A stretch of 47,820 nt of DNA from Octopus bimaculoides (GCF_001194135.2 NC_068983.1:148055647-148103466), one strand, 5' to 3'. Positions 12,724-25,796 are shown, counted from the first letter of the stretch. The notes: generated by a model from the sequence alone, not told the origin. A program made the numbers and translations.

Positions 12724-13480
12724 AATAAATCGTAACTAAAAAACGAAGAACAAACACGAAAAGAAAAACAGTACGAGGACGCAAATTATCAGTAGACGCT
12801 CAGGGAAGGAAAGAAAGGTGGTTTTACGTTTCAAGCAAAGCACTTCTTCAGAAACAGGAGACAGAGGGTTCTCCAAGAGAAAAGGAAGACGACGGAAAGA
12901 AATCGCCAACGATTCACATGTATGTATGTATGTATGTATGTAATAATATAAATAATATATATATATATATGCATATATATATACATATATGTACATACCT
13001 ATATAAAGATGTATATATACATGAATATATGGGTACAGGACGTCAAAAAAACGTGAACAAAATGAGAAACAAGAATACAAAAAGCAAAAACATCGAAAAC
13101 GAACTTGTTTTCGAACAACGAAATAGAGAAACGAGACAGGCAACATAAAGAACATTACTTTCATCAGTTGTTCCCTGTTTTATCTACTCTACGTTTCGAA
13201 CGTAGGGACAAGACGTGACTTCGTGAAAACAATCGTTCCCGCAAAGCAAATTTTTAGAAAATTGGCATTTGCGGAGGGTTAAATTGATGACAAAAACTGG
13301 ACAGTGAGAACGAAATAGTAAAAACAAACGGTAAGGGCTGATAAGCCATGAGGTGAAGTGGTGAACGCAGGAGAAACGAGTTTTGAGAAGAGACAGGCAA
13401 AAGCACTTCTTGTCTTTAGGAAGGAAGTAGAATAAAGAAAGTTAGATAACCGTTGGTCACGTGTGAGCAACAAGATAGTC
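12720..13480 (-). mobile_element. Penelope-like element 3' termini (two tandem ends, decayed endonuclease tail)
   Basis: Degenerate SPHGLSA resembles the PLE C-terminal PHGLN motif. CTGAAGA...GAAACGT terminal motif typical of PLE ends. Both ends abut TA-rich microsatellites. Confidence 0.55.
12821..12855 (-). ncRNA. Minimal type I hammerhead ribozyme motif
   Basis: Minus strand reads GUUU-CUGAAGA-AGUGCUUUGCUU-GAAA-CGUA-AAAC: 4-bp stem I, intact core, short bulged stem II, palindromic ACGU stem III and a GUA cleavage triplet. Confidence 0.6.
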
Positions 13481-13669
13481 AAGGAGAAAAAGTGAGGGAG
13501 AGAAAGATAACGATGAAGGGGAGAAGAGAAGAGTTAGAGAAAGAGTGGGAGAGGAAATCAGATAGGAAGAACAAGAGAGGGAGATAGAAAAGAGATAGGT
13601 TGTAGAGTACCCATCGGAATTATTAAGACAAAACTTACTTGGAAAAGGATGTGAAGCGTTCGATCATAT

Positions 13670-13706
<37 letters not shown>

Positions 13707-14026
13707 NNNNNNNNNNNNNNNNNNNNNNNNNNNNNNNNNNNNNNNNNNNNNNNNNNNNNNNNNNNNNNNNNNNNNNNNNNNNNNNNNNNNNNNNNNNNNN
13801 NNNNNNNNNNNNNNNNNNNNNNNNNNNNNNNNNNNNNNNNNNNNNNNNNNNNNNNNNNNNNNNNNNNNNNNNNNNNNNNNNNNNNNNNNNNNNNNNNNNN
13901 NNNNNNNNNNNNNNNNNNNNNNNNNNNNNNNNNNNNNNNNNNNNNNNNNNNNNNNNNNNNNNNNNNNNNNNNNNNNNNNNNNNNNNNNNNNNNNNNNTAT
14001 GTATATGTATGTATATCTATATATAT

Positions 14027-14057
<31 letters not shown>

Positions 14058-14989
14058 GTATATGTATATGTATGTGTATATATATATGTATATATGTATG
14101 TGTATGTATATATATGTATATATATATGTATATATATGTATTTATGTATATATACACATATGTATGTCTATATATATATATATATTTATACGTATATATT
14201 TTCCTCCGTGTAGATTTGTAAGGTAATGTATATGTGAGTATGTATGTATGTACATATGAAGGAAAGAGTGTATGTGTGAAGGAGAAAAAGAGAGAGGTTA
14301 TAAACATGTTTCCAATTCGAATATCGGGCAGAATTATAAGACACTATGTCTATAAAAATATATTTCTATTATTTTCTCTTTGGACAATCGTTTTGGTTAT
14401 TATAAATCATTTGCGTATTTCGAATATTTTGCCAAAAACGTATGACCTAAAGTCAACTAGTAAGAGATGTACAAGAAAAGACTTACTAAATTGCATTGAA
14501 CCAAAATACTTTATTATAATCATTTTATTCCGTTGCCATATACCTACCAATATAGCATGGAATTAAATATGTTGAGACATTCGAACAATAGATTTCTAAA
14601 TAAAAAGCAATAAATTATATATCTCTTCTTTAATAATGTATAGTAAATTCCACTATTGTCTCCGGTCTCATCGTCTCCTTCGAACTTCCTGATAAAATTC
14701 CGGTAAAAACTACCCATATCTACATGGAATAGAATAACTCGTGCTGGTCTTGATTGTCTAAAGATAGAAATGAGACTGCGTTGCCATGTCGTTTCTCTGC
14801 CACCCAGGCCTTAACACTGACATGGCAATCTTCGAGTTTCGCGTTGAAAAAATAGACGCATGCTCGTAGATAGCGCGGTGATTTAGTTGTTTGTCACAAT
14901 AGCCGCTTCTGATTTATTTAGTAGTACTTACTCAATTTTATTTTGTTTTCTGTAACCATTTCTTTGCTTCTTAATTATTCACCCTCTTT

Positions 14990-15200
14990 AATGCATTGTA
15001 CGACTCTAATCATTCTCTTTAATGCCTTCTATGACTGGTGCTTGAAAATTGTATCCCGTAGCCTAATTCTCTTCTTGTCGACCGTGAAAAACACAAATTA
15101 GTGCTCTGTGTAGTCGACTGGCTGGAATTGTGTCCACTGACCGAATAAATATCTTGTCTAGATGCCATTTAAATGATTCGCTATACCTGCTTCATGTCCA
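14990..15200 (-). mobile_element. Possible RTE-like LINE C-terminal remnant
   Basis: FKWHLDKIF...TIPASRLHRAL loosely resembles the RTE region LRWxGHVxRMPxxRLPK. Heavily decayed. Confidence 0.25.
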
Positions 15201-16594
15201 CACCGGCGCATTCAGGAAATTGGATTAGTCCTTTGAGACTGTTAGAAGTTTGTGAGCAAGTTTTTGAGGGATTTGCGCTTTCCCTCCCATCAAGTATTTT
15301 TCATACTATTGCAACCTGTCTAACATGCCATTCTAGTCTCCCGCCAGCCCTAAACAGCGGATCATTTCTAAGGAAGTCTTTACCCACCTAAAAAGAATCT
15401 GGCCTTTTTCTTCCATCGAGTAATAAACAGTCGCTAGTTTAAACGTACCATTTCCTTGTTGCTCATATCAAGCACCACTTTCTTTTCTTTCTTTCTTCCT
15501 TTCTTTCTTTGTGTTTTTTTCTCTCTCTTTCGTTCTTCACTCTGTTTCCTCTTTTCTCTCCCCCTCACTGATGCAGAAATCCTTCAAATGGCTTCTGCTG
15601 CCACAAGTTTAACGGCCGAATATTGTCTTGCACCATCATTGTCATTGCTATCATTACCCCTTCTACCTCACGATCTCAATTGATCAAACGCCATCGGTTC
15701 TAAATTTATTACCATGCCTCTCTGTGATATATTGCAGGAAGAGTAAAGATCAGCCCGGAATTGTAACTCTCTGCACCATACAAAGAAATCTACCGACGAC
15801 ATGCGTCAAACTTATGCACCTGTTATGCTGTGGCGCCCGAGCCATTGTGTCAACATGCTACACTATTCTCAGCTTTTATCCACTATACGTCTGCAACAAG
15901 ACTTATAAATTTTGACATTTCCAAAAACGTAACTTCTCAAACAATTTTTTTTTTTTGGTGCGTTTCAATATTACATTTGAAAGAAAAATTAGAGCGGATA
16001 TAATGAAACAGTAGCTTCCTTTTTATTTCTAGCAATTGATTTCATGCTCTATTTTCTACATAAAAGAGCTACTTTGTTTTGATCATGCTACTACTGCTCT
16101 TGTTAGCGCTGTTAAGGATGAGAATCCCATCATGAGCCAACTTACCGTTTTCCCTCAGTTAAATTGTATCTAAGCCATTACTAAAGGTGACCTTCCCTTC
16201 TTAAGATGGCAGGAGATGGAGACTTAACTACTATTTCTAGAGGGTGAGTGACCATATAGAGGATCTCTCGTTGGATCGAACAGAAGAGAGATATGCATCA
16301 CATGTAAGGGGCTGAGGAAATAAAGGAATGAGGGAGAGAATAAGAAGAATGGGACAACGGCTACAAAGTGAGATTCTACATTCGCCCAATTATTGGTAGG
16401 AGTGACCAAAAACACTCGTCGTCCCATCTGAAATGAGTCTTGTAACTGATGCAGGAGAGTATTTGATCATGGCGTTTGGTAATTACTCATGGCTTTCTTT
16501 CTTTTTGTTTTGCTTTTTATATTTTCTGTTTTTATTGGTAGCTTAGTGGTGTTTCTGTTTGTGCTACTGTATTCTACGTTGTTCCTGCCCAGTA

Positions 16595-16602
16595 TATTAT
16601 TA

Positions 16603-16694
<92 letters not shown>

Positions 16695-16720
16695 ATTGTT
16701 GTTGTTGCTGCTGTTGTTAT
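16595..16720. repeat. (ATT)n/(GTT)n microsatellite, tail of an R4-like element
   Basis: Directly visible; source of the poly-Leu, poly-Tyr and poly-Cys ORFs. Confidence 0.95.
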
Positions 16721-17257
16721 AGACGTCGCACAGTTTATAATATCGTGAGATGGTTGATTGAAGATATTGTGTCTACTGGGGGTTTGTACTGTTTGTCAAG
16801 TCACAACAAGGACCTCACACAGACAGTACTTTATGCAATATGCGTGCAGTTCCAAGTAATGCCGACTTTTGCAATACATCTAGATTCTAGGGTATTTCTA
16901 AAGTTTTCAGATGTTTTTTTCGGATTGGGTGATATTGAGCTCAATGTTCCGATGACAATAGGGCCAACCGTTATATTTATATATGACTCTCGTAGCTGCC
17001 ACATGTTGGCGATCTCAATTCTCAAGTCTCCATATTTCTCAACCTTTTCTCTCTCCTTCATGGTAATATGTTGATCTCCTGTAACTGTCACGTCAATTGA
17101 CCCTCCTAAAGGTTACTATGTCCGGCCTTCGGTGCTCCAGCACTTTGTCTGTCTGGAAATCAAAATCCCAGAGGATTTTTGCCTTCCCCTGTTCGACCCT
17201 TACATTTTCCGGTGTATGTTGGTACTAAACACCCGTAACCTCATATCCATACTTACT
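16721..17257 (-). mobile_element. R4/Dong-like non-LTR retrotransposon, 5'-truncated (copy C)
   Basis: KILWDFDFQTDKVLEHRRPDIV...IDVTVTGDQHITMKEREKVEKYGDLRIEIANMWQL...PIVIGTL: restriction-like endonuclease with PD..D..EK motif. Confidence 0.85.
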
Positions 17258-17265
17258 TATTATCA

Positions 17266-17306
<41 letters not shown>

Positions 17307-17568
17307 GTTCAGTAGTTTTATTTTTAAAACGTGCTTTCACTTCACTACCGAGCGCAGCTCTGTGCGCCTTGGGTATGTGCTGTGGTTTGCTGTGGTGCTC
17401 TTATGTTTACTGTATTGAAAGTGTTTTGCGTAGAATGTGTGCAGTACCCAGTAGTGCAATTTTCTGTATGTTATATATGTTTGTAAGTCCTGGTGTTTTT
17501 GTTATGTATTTGTCTGAATATTTTTTTTATTATACCTAAGGCACCTACTATGATAGGAATTGTTTCTA
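17307..17568 (-). mobile_element. R4/Dong-like element extreme 3' end (copy B)
   Basis: IETIPIIVGALGII...YNIQKIALLGTAHILRKTLSIQ*, then a 3' UTR and an (AAT)n tail. Confidence 0.85.
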
Positions 17569-17574
17569 TTATTA

Positions 17575-17638
<64 letters not shown>

Positions 17639-17640
17639 TT

Positions 17641-18460
17641 GTCTTTACACAGTTTCTAACGCTGGTGATGTACTACGGTACCAGCTATTCACAACAAGTG
17701 AACCAAGGTAACACCCTTATTTGTCATGCACCATCCGAAGTATTCCAGCGCTTTCAAGCAGTGCTGTTTCTGCAAATGCTTCACCCTTATTGCTGCCCTT
17801 ATTTGTTCCATGTACTTCTCAAGATTTTTCCTTACTGTTCCCAGAGCTCCGATAATCATTGGTACTACTGCTACCTTTTTCAGCGATCACAACTGCTTAA
17901 CCTCCCAAGGTAACATGTCATATCTATCGACTTTTCTTTCTTCTTTATCGCATACCTTGTCAGCTGGGAATGCTATATCTATGATCCAGCATCGTTTGCT
18001 TTCTTTCTCAATTAATGCTATGTCTGGTTTCCTATTTTCTATCACATAGTCGCATTGAATCATAAAATTCCATAGGATCATTGTATTATCAGTTTCGATG
18101 ATGGCTTCGGGTTTATGTTGGTACCACATTTTGCTCTGTCAAGTCCATACTTGTTGCAAAGTATCCAATGGACAATACTTCCTATATTGTCATGGCATCT
18201 CTTTTATTCTTTCTGTGCTAGTGGCGTACAGTGACTGGTAATATGCCATACAGTTTCAGCATTTTATCCACAAATTCTGCACTTATCACTTTGTAATGTG
18301 TTGTCTATTCTGTTTTTGATGTAATTCGTTCTTAGTGCTTGCTCTTGGACAGCACAGATTAGAGCCTTCTTCTGCTCTAATGCTGCGTTCGCATCCAATC
18401 AGTTCTCTTCCCCCTCTTTTTCTTGCTACATACAGTCTGTCTGTCACTTTTTGGATGGAT
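17641..18460 (-). mobile_element. R4/Dong-like element, internally deleted (copy A)
   Basis: HPKSD.DRLYVARKE, then ALICAVQEQALRTNYIK..CRICG..ETVWHITSHC (CCHC knuckle) and RKPDIALIEKESKRCWIIDIAFPAD...EERKVDRY (RLE). Confidence 0.9.
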
Positions 18461-18478
18461 TATTATTATTATTATTAA

Positions 18479-18524
<46 letters not shown>

Positions 18525-19049
18525 GTTACAATCTTCAAATACAGTGGGTAGTAATTCTCATTGACAGAATTTTCTAATACACTTGCACAGCTGTTTGAAA
18601 AATAGGAACATCGTTTAATTTAACAGCAAGCTACAAATGAAATTTCGAATAACGTTTCCCAGAGGAAAAGATATTCCACAAAAATGTTCCTCTTCAGTTA
18701 CTTAATGTATTGAAAATGCAATGAGATTATAAAAAGTGACTTATGTTTAATGGAATAAAATAATTTTCGAGCATTCATATAACTCCGCTCGATACGTTTG
18801 ACTGATTCGATGAGCAATAACAGTAACCGCAATTATAATAACGACTTGCAACATAAGTATAAGGCCACACATATTGGGAGAAAGAATTGTCGATTAAATT
18901 AACCTTTTCACATGAGAAATATTTATTTTATCAATGACAGTATGGCTCAAGGTAAATCTGACCTCAGTAGTATCTGAAATTAAAATGTGAGGTACCGTAA
19001 CTTCATACCTTAATGCATTAAATGTTGCACGTTCTTTTTTTTCTTTTGC

Positions 19050-20775
19050 AGCTGAGGGCTTCGGCCCTTCGATGTCTCCGACGCCGCACTGACATCATCA
19101 TAAAACTGGCCGACAAGTATGGGGCCGTGGTAAGGTGGCGCGTGGACCTCTACAAAGCGAAAGTTCTCCACCAACTTCAAGACACCTCTTTCTACTACCC
19201 TCTGCCCTTCAAGCCCACGCCTAGCTACCAAAAGACTGTTCTCTATTATCTATGACATCATCACCTCCTTCCGTCTCCCCCACGGCCTCCAACCTCATTG
19301 TCTGCACCCCTCCCCCACCCCCGCAGCACCACAATTTACTTCCTCGCCAAAATCCACAAACCTAACAACCCTAGTCACCCCATCGTCTCCGAACAAATTT
19401 CCAGATATCTTGACCGTGTCCTTGCTCCCCCCCCCAGCGGCTTCCCTTCCCTCTCACATCCATGACACCAACCATGCGCTTTGTTTGTTCAGCTCTTTCC
19501 CTTTATCTACTGACCCCTCTAAACTTCTCTTCACTCTCGACATTCAGAACCTTTACACGGTGATCCGTCACGAGGGGTTGCGTGCACTCAAATATTTCCT
19601 TGACCTTCGACCCAACCCCCAGTTTGACACATCCACGGTCGTTGGTCTGACCGAACTTGTCGTCTCACTCAACTGCTTCTCGTTCGCTGGTGATTTTTAC
19701 CAGCATTTCTCGAGAGTAGCCATGGGAACGAGAATGGGCCCCAACTGTACGAACTTGTTCGTTGGCTACGTTGAGGCCCAAATATTCTCAAGTTTCACTG
19801 GTCTCACTCCCGAATTATACGGCCGTTATATTGATGACTGTATCGGTGCGACCACATACTCCCGCGAACATCTAGACTCCTTCCTCTCTTTTGTCAAATC
19901 TTTCCATCCTGCCCTCTAGTTCTCCTGTACGATTTCTGACATCTCTGCTTCCTTTCTTGACATTTTGGTCAGCATTCATCACTCCACTCTCACCACCTCC
20001 ATCTACTACAAACACACATACTTACATACATACCTCAACTTCTCCTCTTCCCACCCTAAACACATCAAGCTTTACATCCCCTATTCCCAATTCCTCCGTC
20101 TACGCAGGCTCTGAAGTGACGATCATGACTTTAGGCTCAGTCACAACTCAGGCCTCGCCACTTCATCCTACGTGGATATCCCCTCACCACTATCCACACC
20201 GCCCTTCAGAGAGCACGTTCCGTGGACCGTGCATCTGCTCTCTCCCCCCGCTCTGCCGTCTTCCATCTCTCCTCACCTACCATCCCACCACCCTATCTCT
20301 CCAACGCACCATTCTCCGAGCCTTCCGGCGACTCCAGTCCGACTCCTCCACTTCGCACATCTTCCCTAACNNNNNNNNNNNNNNNNNNNNNNNNNNNNNN
20401 NNNNNNNNNNNNNNNNNNNNNNNNNNNNNNNNNNNNNNNNNNNNNNNNNNNNNNNNNNNNNNNNNNNNNNNNNNNNNNNNNNNAACCTACGAGACCTCTT
20501 GGTCCACAGCTTCTTCCCTAACCCTACCTCCCAACCCGGCGCATTCTCTTGCTCCCACCCACGCTGCCGCACTTGCCCTTACCTCTCCAACACCCCCCCC
20601 CCTCAACGGTACCCATGATCGACACTATCATATCACCGACCCCTCCACCTGCACTTCTACCAATGACATCTACTGCATCTCCTGTTCTCTCTGCCCTTCT
20701 CTGTACATCGGGCAAACGGGACGCGGATTGGCTGACCGGTTCGCAGAACACCTCCGAGACATCAGACTCGGCAAT
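19050..20775 (+). mobile_element. Penelope-like retroelement (RT plus GIY-YIG), decayed, Neptune-like architecture
   Basis: IIIKLADKYGAVV, KIHKPNNPSHPIVS, LFTLDIQNLYT, VAMGTRMGP and YGRYIDDCIG (RT), then CSHPRCRTC (Zn finger) and DIYCISCSLCPSLYIGQTGRGLADRFAEH (GIY-YIG). Contains stops and frameshifts. Confidence 0.95.
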
Positions 20776-21760
20776 GGCGATAGCATCACTTCGGTATAAA
20801 ATGGGAAAAGAGAGAAATAAAGAAAATGGATAACAAGACCAGAAAAATGTTGACAGTACACGGAACCTTACACCTTAAGAGTGGCACGGATACACTGTAC
20901 TTGTCCAGAAAGAATGCATGGGAGAGGTTTGATCAGTTGCCAGGACTGTATCGAAGGAGAGAAAAACAGCCTAGGGTGGTATACAAAAAAAAATGCCGTG
21001 GAGCCACTGTTGAAACATGAAGAAAGCCGGCGTCATCAAAACTAAAAATTGTATAACTAAAGAAAAATTTGAACAGGAAATAGACATAAAGGAAAAGCAT
21101 GGAAGGAAAAGAAAATGTACGGTCAGTTCCCAAGAGATTCTGTGCGTCCGTCCTTCAGATGCACAGAAGCATTGATATGCAGTGCTTAGGAACAATTACA
21201 CGACGTTTGAAATAACAAGAGCAGTGAATCGCCTTTGTAGGATGTCTGACATCAAAAAATAAACAGTCTCATGTATCGTGAGTTAGTGTAGCAAATTGGT
21301 ACAATAGGAATACAAAACGTCACTAAATATGTTCATTGGAAATCGTGTGTGAAGCACGGTCTCGAAAGGACATTGAAATAGTATGATCATAAAACAGATG
21401 TCATTGAGAATAATGAGTATAAGGTCATGTAGGATCTTACAAGCCAGTATGATTCAATGGTTGATGCTCGGAGATCAGATGTTCTTGTAGTGGATACCAA
21501 GGATGTACGACCGTATGATAAAACTGGAAATGGTTGAGAAGTAGAAGCCACTAAAAGATGAGATTGCACGAATGTGGGCAATGAAGAAAGTAACAACTGT
21601 CATCCCAATAGGAGCATAAATAATTAGGTTTGAGAAATTTGTTTGAGAAATTGGAATCGACATCAGGATAGATCTTACTCATAACACTGCTTTATTGGGG
21701 ATAACGAGGATTTATGAGATTGGTACTTATATGATCAGTATAGTGGAAAGCAACTCTGTT
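20776..21760 (+). mobile_element. R4/Dong-like non-LTR element, decayed with internal deletions
   Basis: MDNKTRKMLTVHGTLHLKSGTDTLYLSRK, CRM..TVSCIVS.CSKL, RRSDVLVVD and KDEIARMWAMKKV...TALLG. Confidence 0.85.
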
Positions 21761-22729
21761 TGACCATTGAATTAACCGGAACAAATAAAGTGGAGAGCTC
21801 TGAGAAGTAAAATGACTAAAGTAACAATAATAAAAACCTTTTCTTATTAAGTACACGACGAGAAAGATATAAGCTGAGTTTATTCAATCACAGGAATAGA
21901 AAGAGTGAAGTTATATCCACCTGAATTTGAACCCAGTATCTGTTTGACTTGATCTACACTAAGGCATTTTGGCACACATTCTCGTGATTAATCTGACACT
22001 ATAAGAACAATTCCAATCCATAGTTCTAACAACAAAGATAACAATATAATTTTTTAAAATCAGCATAGAGTAAATATGTAAAGAAAATCTTGAATAATAG
22101 AAAGTAGAGGTATATGCCCGAGAAAATAGTTGTTGAGTCTTGTATACAAAAGCACAATCGGAATGGAGGAGAGGTGATAGAGAAATAGACAGATAGAAAA
22201 CGAGAGGGGGAGAGGACAGTGATAGAGTGTGTAGTGTATAGTTATGGGGAGATAGAAGAATGTTATATATCTCTACCATCAATCTTATTCTCAGATCAGA
22301 GTGATAAACATAGAAGTGTTTCATACATGTCGAAAGAGAGCAGATAAAATGATATATACTCAAACAGCACTTAACAAAGAATAGATCTGCACACAATCAA
22401 GATTCAGATAACGATCAAACAACTGAATCGTCAATTACACCTGGTGGACCAGTAAAGTAATATATGATCAATGCTAATCCGAGTGATGCAGAAATATTAG
22501 AAGCAAAGAAAAGAGCTAACAAAAACAATTAACGAAAAAGTGTAGGATTACAGCAATAAAAATACAAACAGAAACATGTAAAGAGCCTCTAACTCGATGA
22601 TATGTAGAACCGAGATTTAAGGTGTTATATCTGCCTATATACGTACGTACACACACACGCGCGCACACACACACAAACGCACACATGCACATGTATATAT
22701 ATATATATATATACATTTTCAACCTTAAT

Positions 22730-23965
22730 TCTTCTTTCCCCTTCGGACTCAACGCAGCCTTCTCTTCCTTATGACTCTCTCCTTTACGTCCCTGCAACAC
22801 TTTACATAATTTTTTTTTTAACCNNNNNNNNNNNNNNNNNNNNNNNNNNNNNNNNNNNNNNNNNNNNNNNNNNNNNNNNNNNNNNNNNNNNNNNNNNNNN
22901 NNNNNNNNNNNNNNNNNNNNNNNNNNNNNNNNNNNNNNNNNNNNNNNNNNNNNNNNNNNNNNNNNNNNNNNNNNNNNNNNNNNNNNNNNNNNNNNNNNNN
23001 NNNNNNNNNNNNNNNNNNNNNNNNNNNNNNNNNNNNNNNNNNNNNNNNNNNNNNNNNNNNNNNNNNNNNNNNNNNNNNNNNNNNNNNNNNNNNNNNNNNN
23101 NNNNNNNNNNNNNNNNNNNNNNNNNNNNNNNNNNNNNNNNNNNNNNNNNNNNNNNNNNNNNNNNNNNNNNNNNNNNNNNNNNNNNNNNNNNNNNNNNNNN
23201 NNNNNNNNNNNNNNNNNNNNNNNNNNNNNNNNNNNNNNNNNNNNNNNNNNNNNNNNNNNNNNNNNNNNNNNNNNNNNNNNNNNNNNNNNNNNNNNNNNNN
23301 NNNNNNNNNNNNNNNNNNNNNNNNNNNNNNNNNNNNNNNNNNNNNNNNNNNNNNNNNNNNNNNNNNNNNNNNNNNNNNNNNNNNNNNNNNNNNNNNNNNN
23401 NNNNNNNNNNNNNNNNNNNNNNNNNNNNNNNNNNNNNNNNNNNNNNNNNNNNNNNNNNNNNNNNNNNNNNNNNNNNNNNNNNNNNNNNNNNNNNNNNNNN
23501 NNNNNNNNNNNNNNNNNNNNNNNNNNNNNNNNNNNNNNNNNNNNNNNNNNNNNNNNNNNNNNNNNNNNNNNNNNNNNNNNNNNNNNNNNNNNNNNNNNNN
23601 NNNNNNNNNNNNNNNNNNNNNNNNNNNNNNNNNNNNNNNNNNNNNNNNNNNNNNNNNNNNNNNNNNNNNNNNNNNNNNNNNNNNNNNNNNNNNNNNNNNN
23701 NNNNNNNNNNNNNNNNNNNNNNNNNNNNNNNNNNNNNNNNNNNNNNNNNNNNNNNNNNNNNNNNNNNNNNNNNNNNNNNNACCTCCTCTTCCGGTCTTTT
23801 CATCATGTAACCTCGTGGGCATCGGTACCATTTTCCTCTTTCTCCGTTCTTCCATTCTCCGAACTTTCCATCTTTCCGACGAAGGGCTACGCCTGAAACG
23901 TCATACACTCTCTCTTTCCTTTCCTGAGCGTCCAATAATACTATCCATATCACGTCCTCACTTTG
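22730..23965 (-). mobile_element. RTE-like LINE 3' region (mostly gap)
   Basis: GVAL...KWY..GYMMKRPEE resembles the RTE segment GVAPI..RLRWYGHVMRREE. The sequence across the gap is consistent with a LINE end. Confidence 0.45.
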
Positions 23966-23990
23966 TTGTTTTTTTGTTATTGTTTTTTTG

Positions 23991-24030
<40 letters not shown>

Positions 24031-24479
24031 TCATAGAGCAGAAATGCCAGTGACGAAACTAATATAATAACCATATTCATAAGTAATATGTGCATAATGT
24101 CATAGGTGTGTGTCCTGTAACAAGTCCGGATGAAATTGTTAAAGTAAGTTTATCCTCAATTTTCAAAAGGACAATGGCAAATGCGAGGGGAATAGAGGAT
24201 GGAGGAAGAGGAAAGAAATAGTGATATGGAGGGAGAAGCTAAGAGTTGATGCGAGATCAACATACTGCTTGACAAAGATCAGTTATGAAAAGGTAAAGTT
24301 AATGGCTGGCGGAATAAACAGCGGCCACTTAACGTAGTAGTCAGATGGGAGGCAAATTATTCGTTCTCACGCAATAAAACGGTTTAGAATATTAGAGGCA
24401 ATAGACATAGAGTTGGGGGAAAACTAATTTTGAGGTAAGAGAATAGGAGTAGTAGGAGATCGAAGTAATGTGAGATAAT

Positions 24480-24660
24480 ACTATGAGCGATTACCGGTGA
24501 AATAATTTACAAACAAGTGTTGCGTTGTAGGGAGTCTGCCACAAACTGTAGACCATATAAGGTATAAAGTATGCCATGGGTCTTGAGGTGGCTTACATAG
24601 ATAGCAAGAAACGTACATTGGATAGAGGCCCTGTTTGAGTAGGAGCTCAGGTAAGCAAGA
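24480..24660 (-). mobile_element. Possible CR1/Jockey-like LINE 3' remnant
   Basis: SRPMAYFIPYMVYSLW resembles the SFIPxTxKLWNSLP terminal motif. Confidence 0.3.
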
Positions 24661-25336
24661 CAGTGCCGTTTGAAGTTGATCATACAACTATGATGACCCT
24701 AGGCTGGTGGGAAGATAAAATTGTGATCAGACACTCATGTAAATACATTATGGCGCGAGCAATGTCCCTTTAACGGATACTTGTGATATTTGACAATTAA
24801 AAGTTTCCTTACTGCCACTGGCCTTTTACTCGGTAAGTATCCTGTCTTGGAGTTTAAGTTTTCATACTTTTCGCACTAAATTGTGTTACCTACACTGGGC
24901 ATATTTTGTTCTCAATTATTCACTCTACATACACAAATATATTCATACATATATACGTACATATAAATGTATATGTGTGTATATATGACCATTCCTAAAA
25001 CGTAAAAGCCACTGGTAAGCTTGTGGTTTGCTCACGGCAGCGTCCTTGTAAGCTGTTTGAAGCATGTCAACTGTTCGGCTGCCATTTTCCCCCAGCACGC
25101 TGTTCCTTCTTTTAAAACCATCTCAAAAGTCTACGAACATGGGAGAAAATCTACGAACAAGGGAGAAGCACTGCAAAACAAAGACGCAGCGCATGGAAAC
25201 ACGACTATATTCGATGACGCCGGTCCACAGACTGATGCCTGTGAGTCACATCAAGTGGCCTCTAGCGGTGGAAGCCTGAAATACAACGAGCTTGTCCTAC
25301 AGACAGCATTTCCGGTTACATTTGGGTACGACCTCG

Positions 25337-25375
<39 letters not shown>

Positions 25376-25796
25376 NNNNNNNNNNNNNNNNNNNNNNNNN
25401 NNNNNNNNNNNNNNNNNNNNNNNNNNNNNNNNNNNNNNNNNNNNNNNNNNNNNNNNNNNNNNNNNNNNNNNNNNNNNNNNNNNNNNNNNNNNNNNNNNNN
25501 NNNNNNNNNNNNNNNNNNNNNNNNNNNNNNNNNNNNNNNNNNNNNNNNNNNNNNNNNNNNNNNNNNNNNNNNNNNNNNNNNNNNNNNNNNNNNNNNNNNN
25601 NNNNNNNNNNNNNNNNNNNNNNNNNNNNNNNNNNNNNNNNNNNNNNNNNNNNNNNNNNNNNNNNNNNNNNNNNNNNNNNNNNNNNNNNNNNNNNNNNNNN
25701 NNNNNNNATATATATACCCGGTTGACCGTCTTCACCATATGCATCTATATTTATATCTATATCTATGGATACATTCATATACATACATATATATAA

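Noticed and set aside
13160-13205. GAAACGUA and CUGAUGA both present on the minus strand, with a CTACGTT/AACGTAG hairpin
   Set aside because: The motifs are in type II order and stem I cannot pair, so no hammerhead fold is supported.
25021-25335. ORF piece FPQHAVPSFKTISK resembling a Tc1-like N-terminal HTH
   Set aside because: Similarity is too slight, with no catalytic motif or TIR seen.
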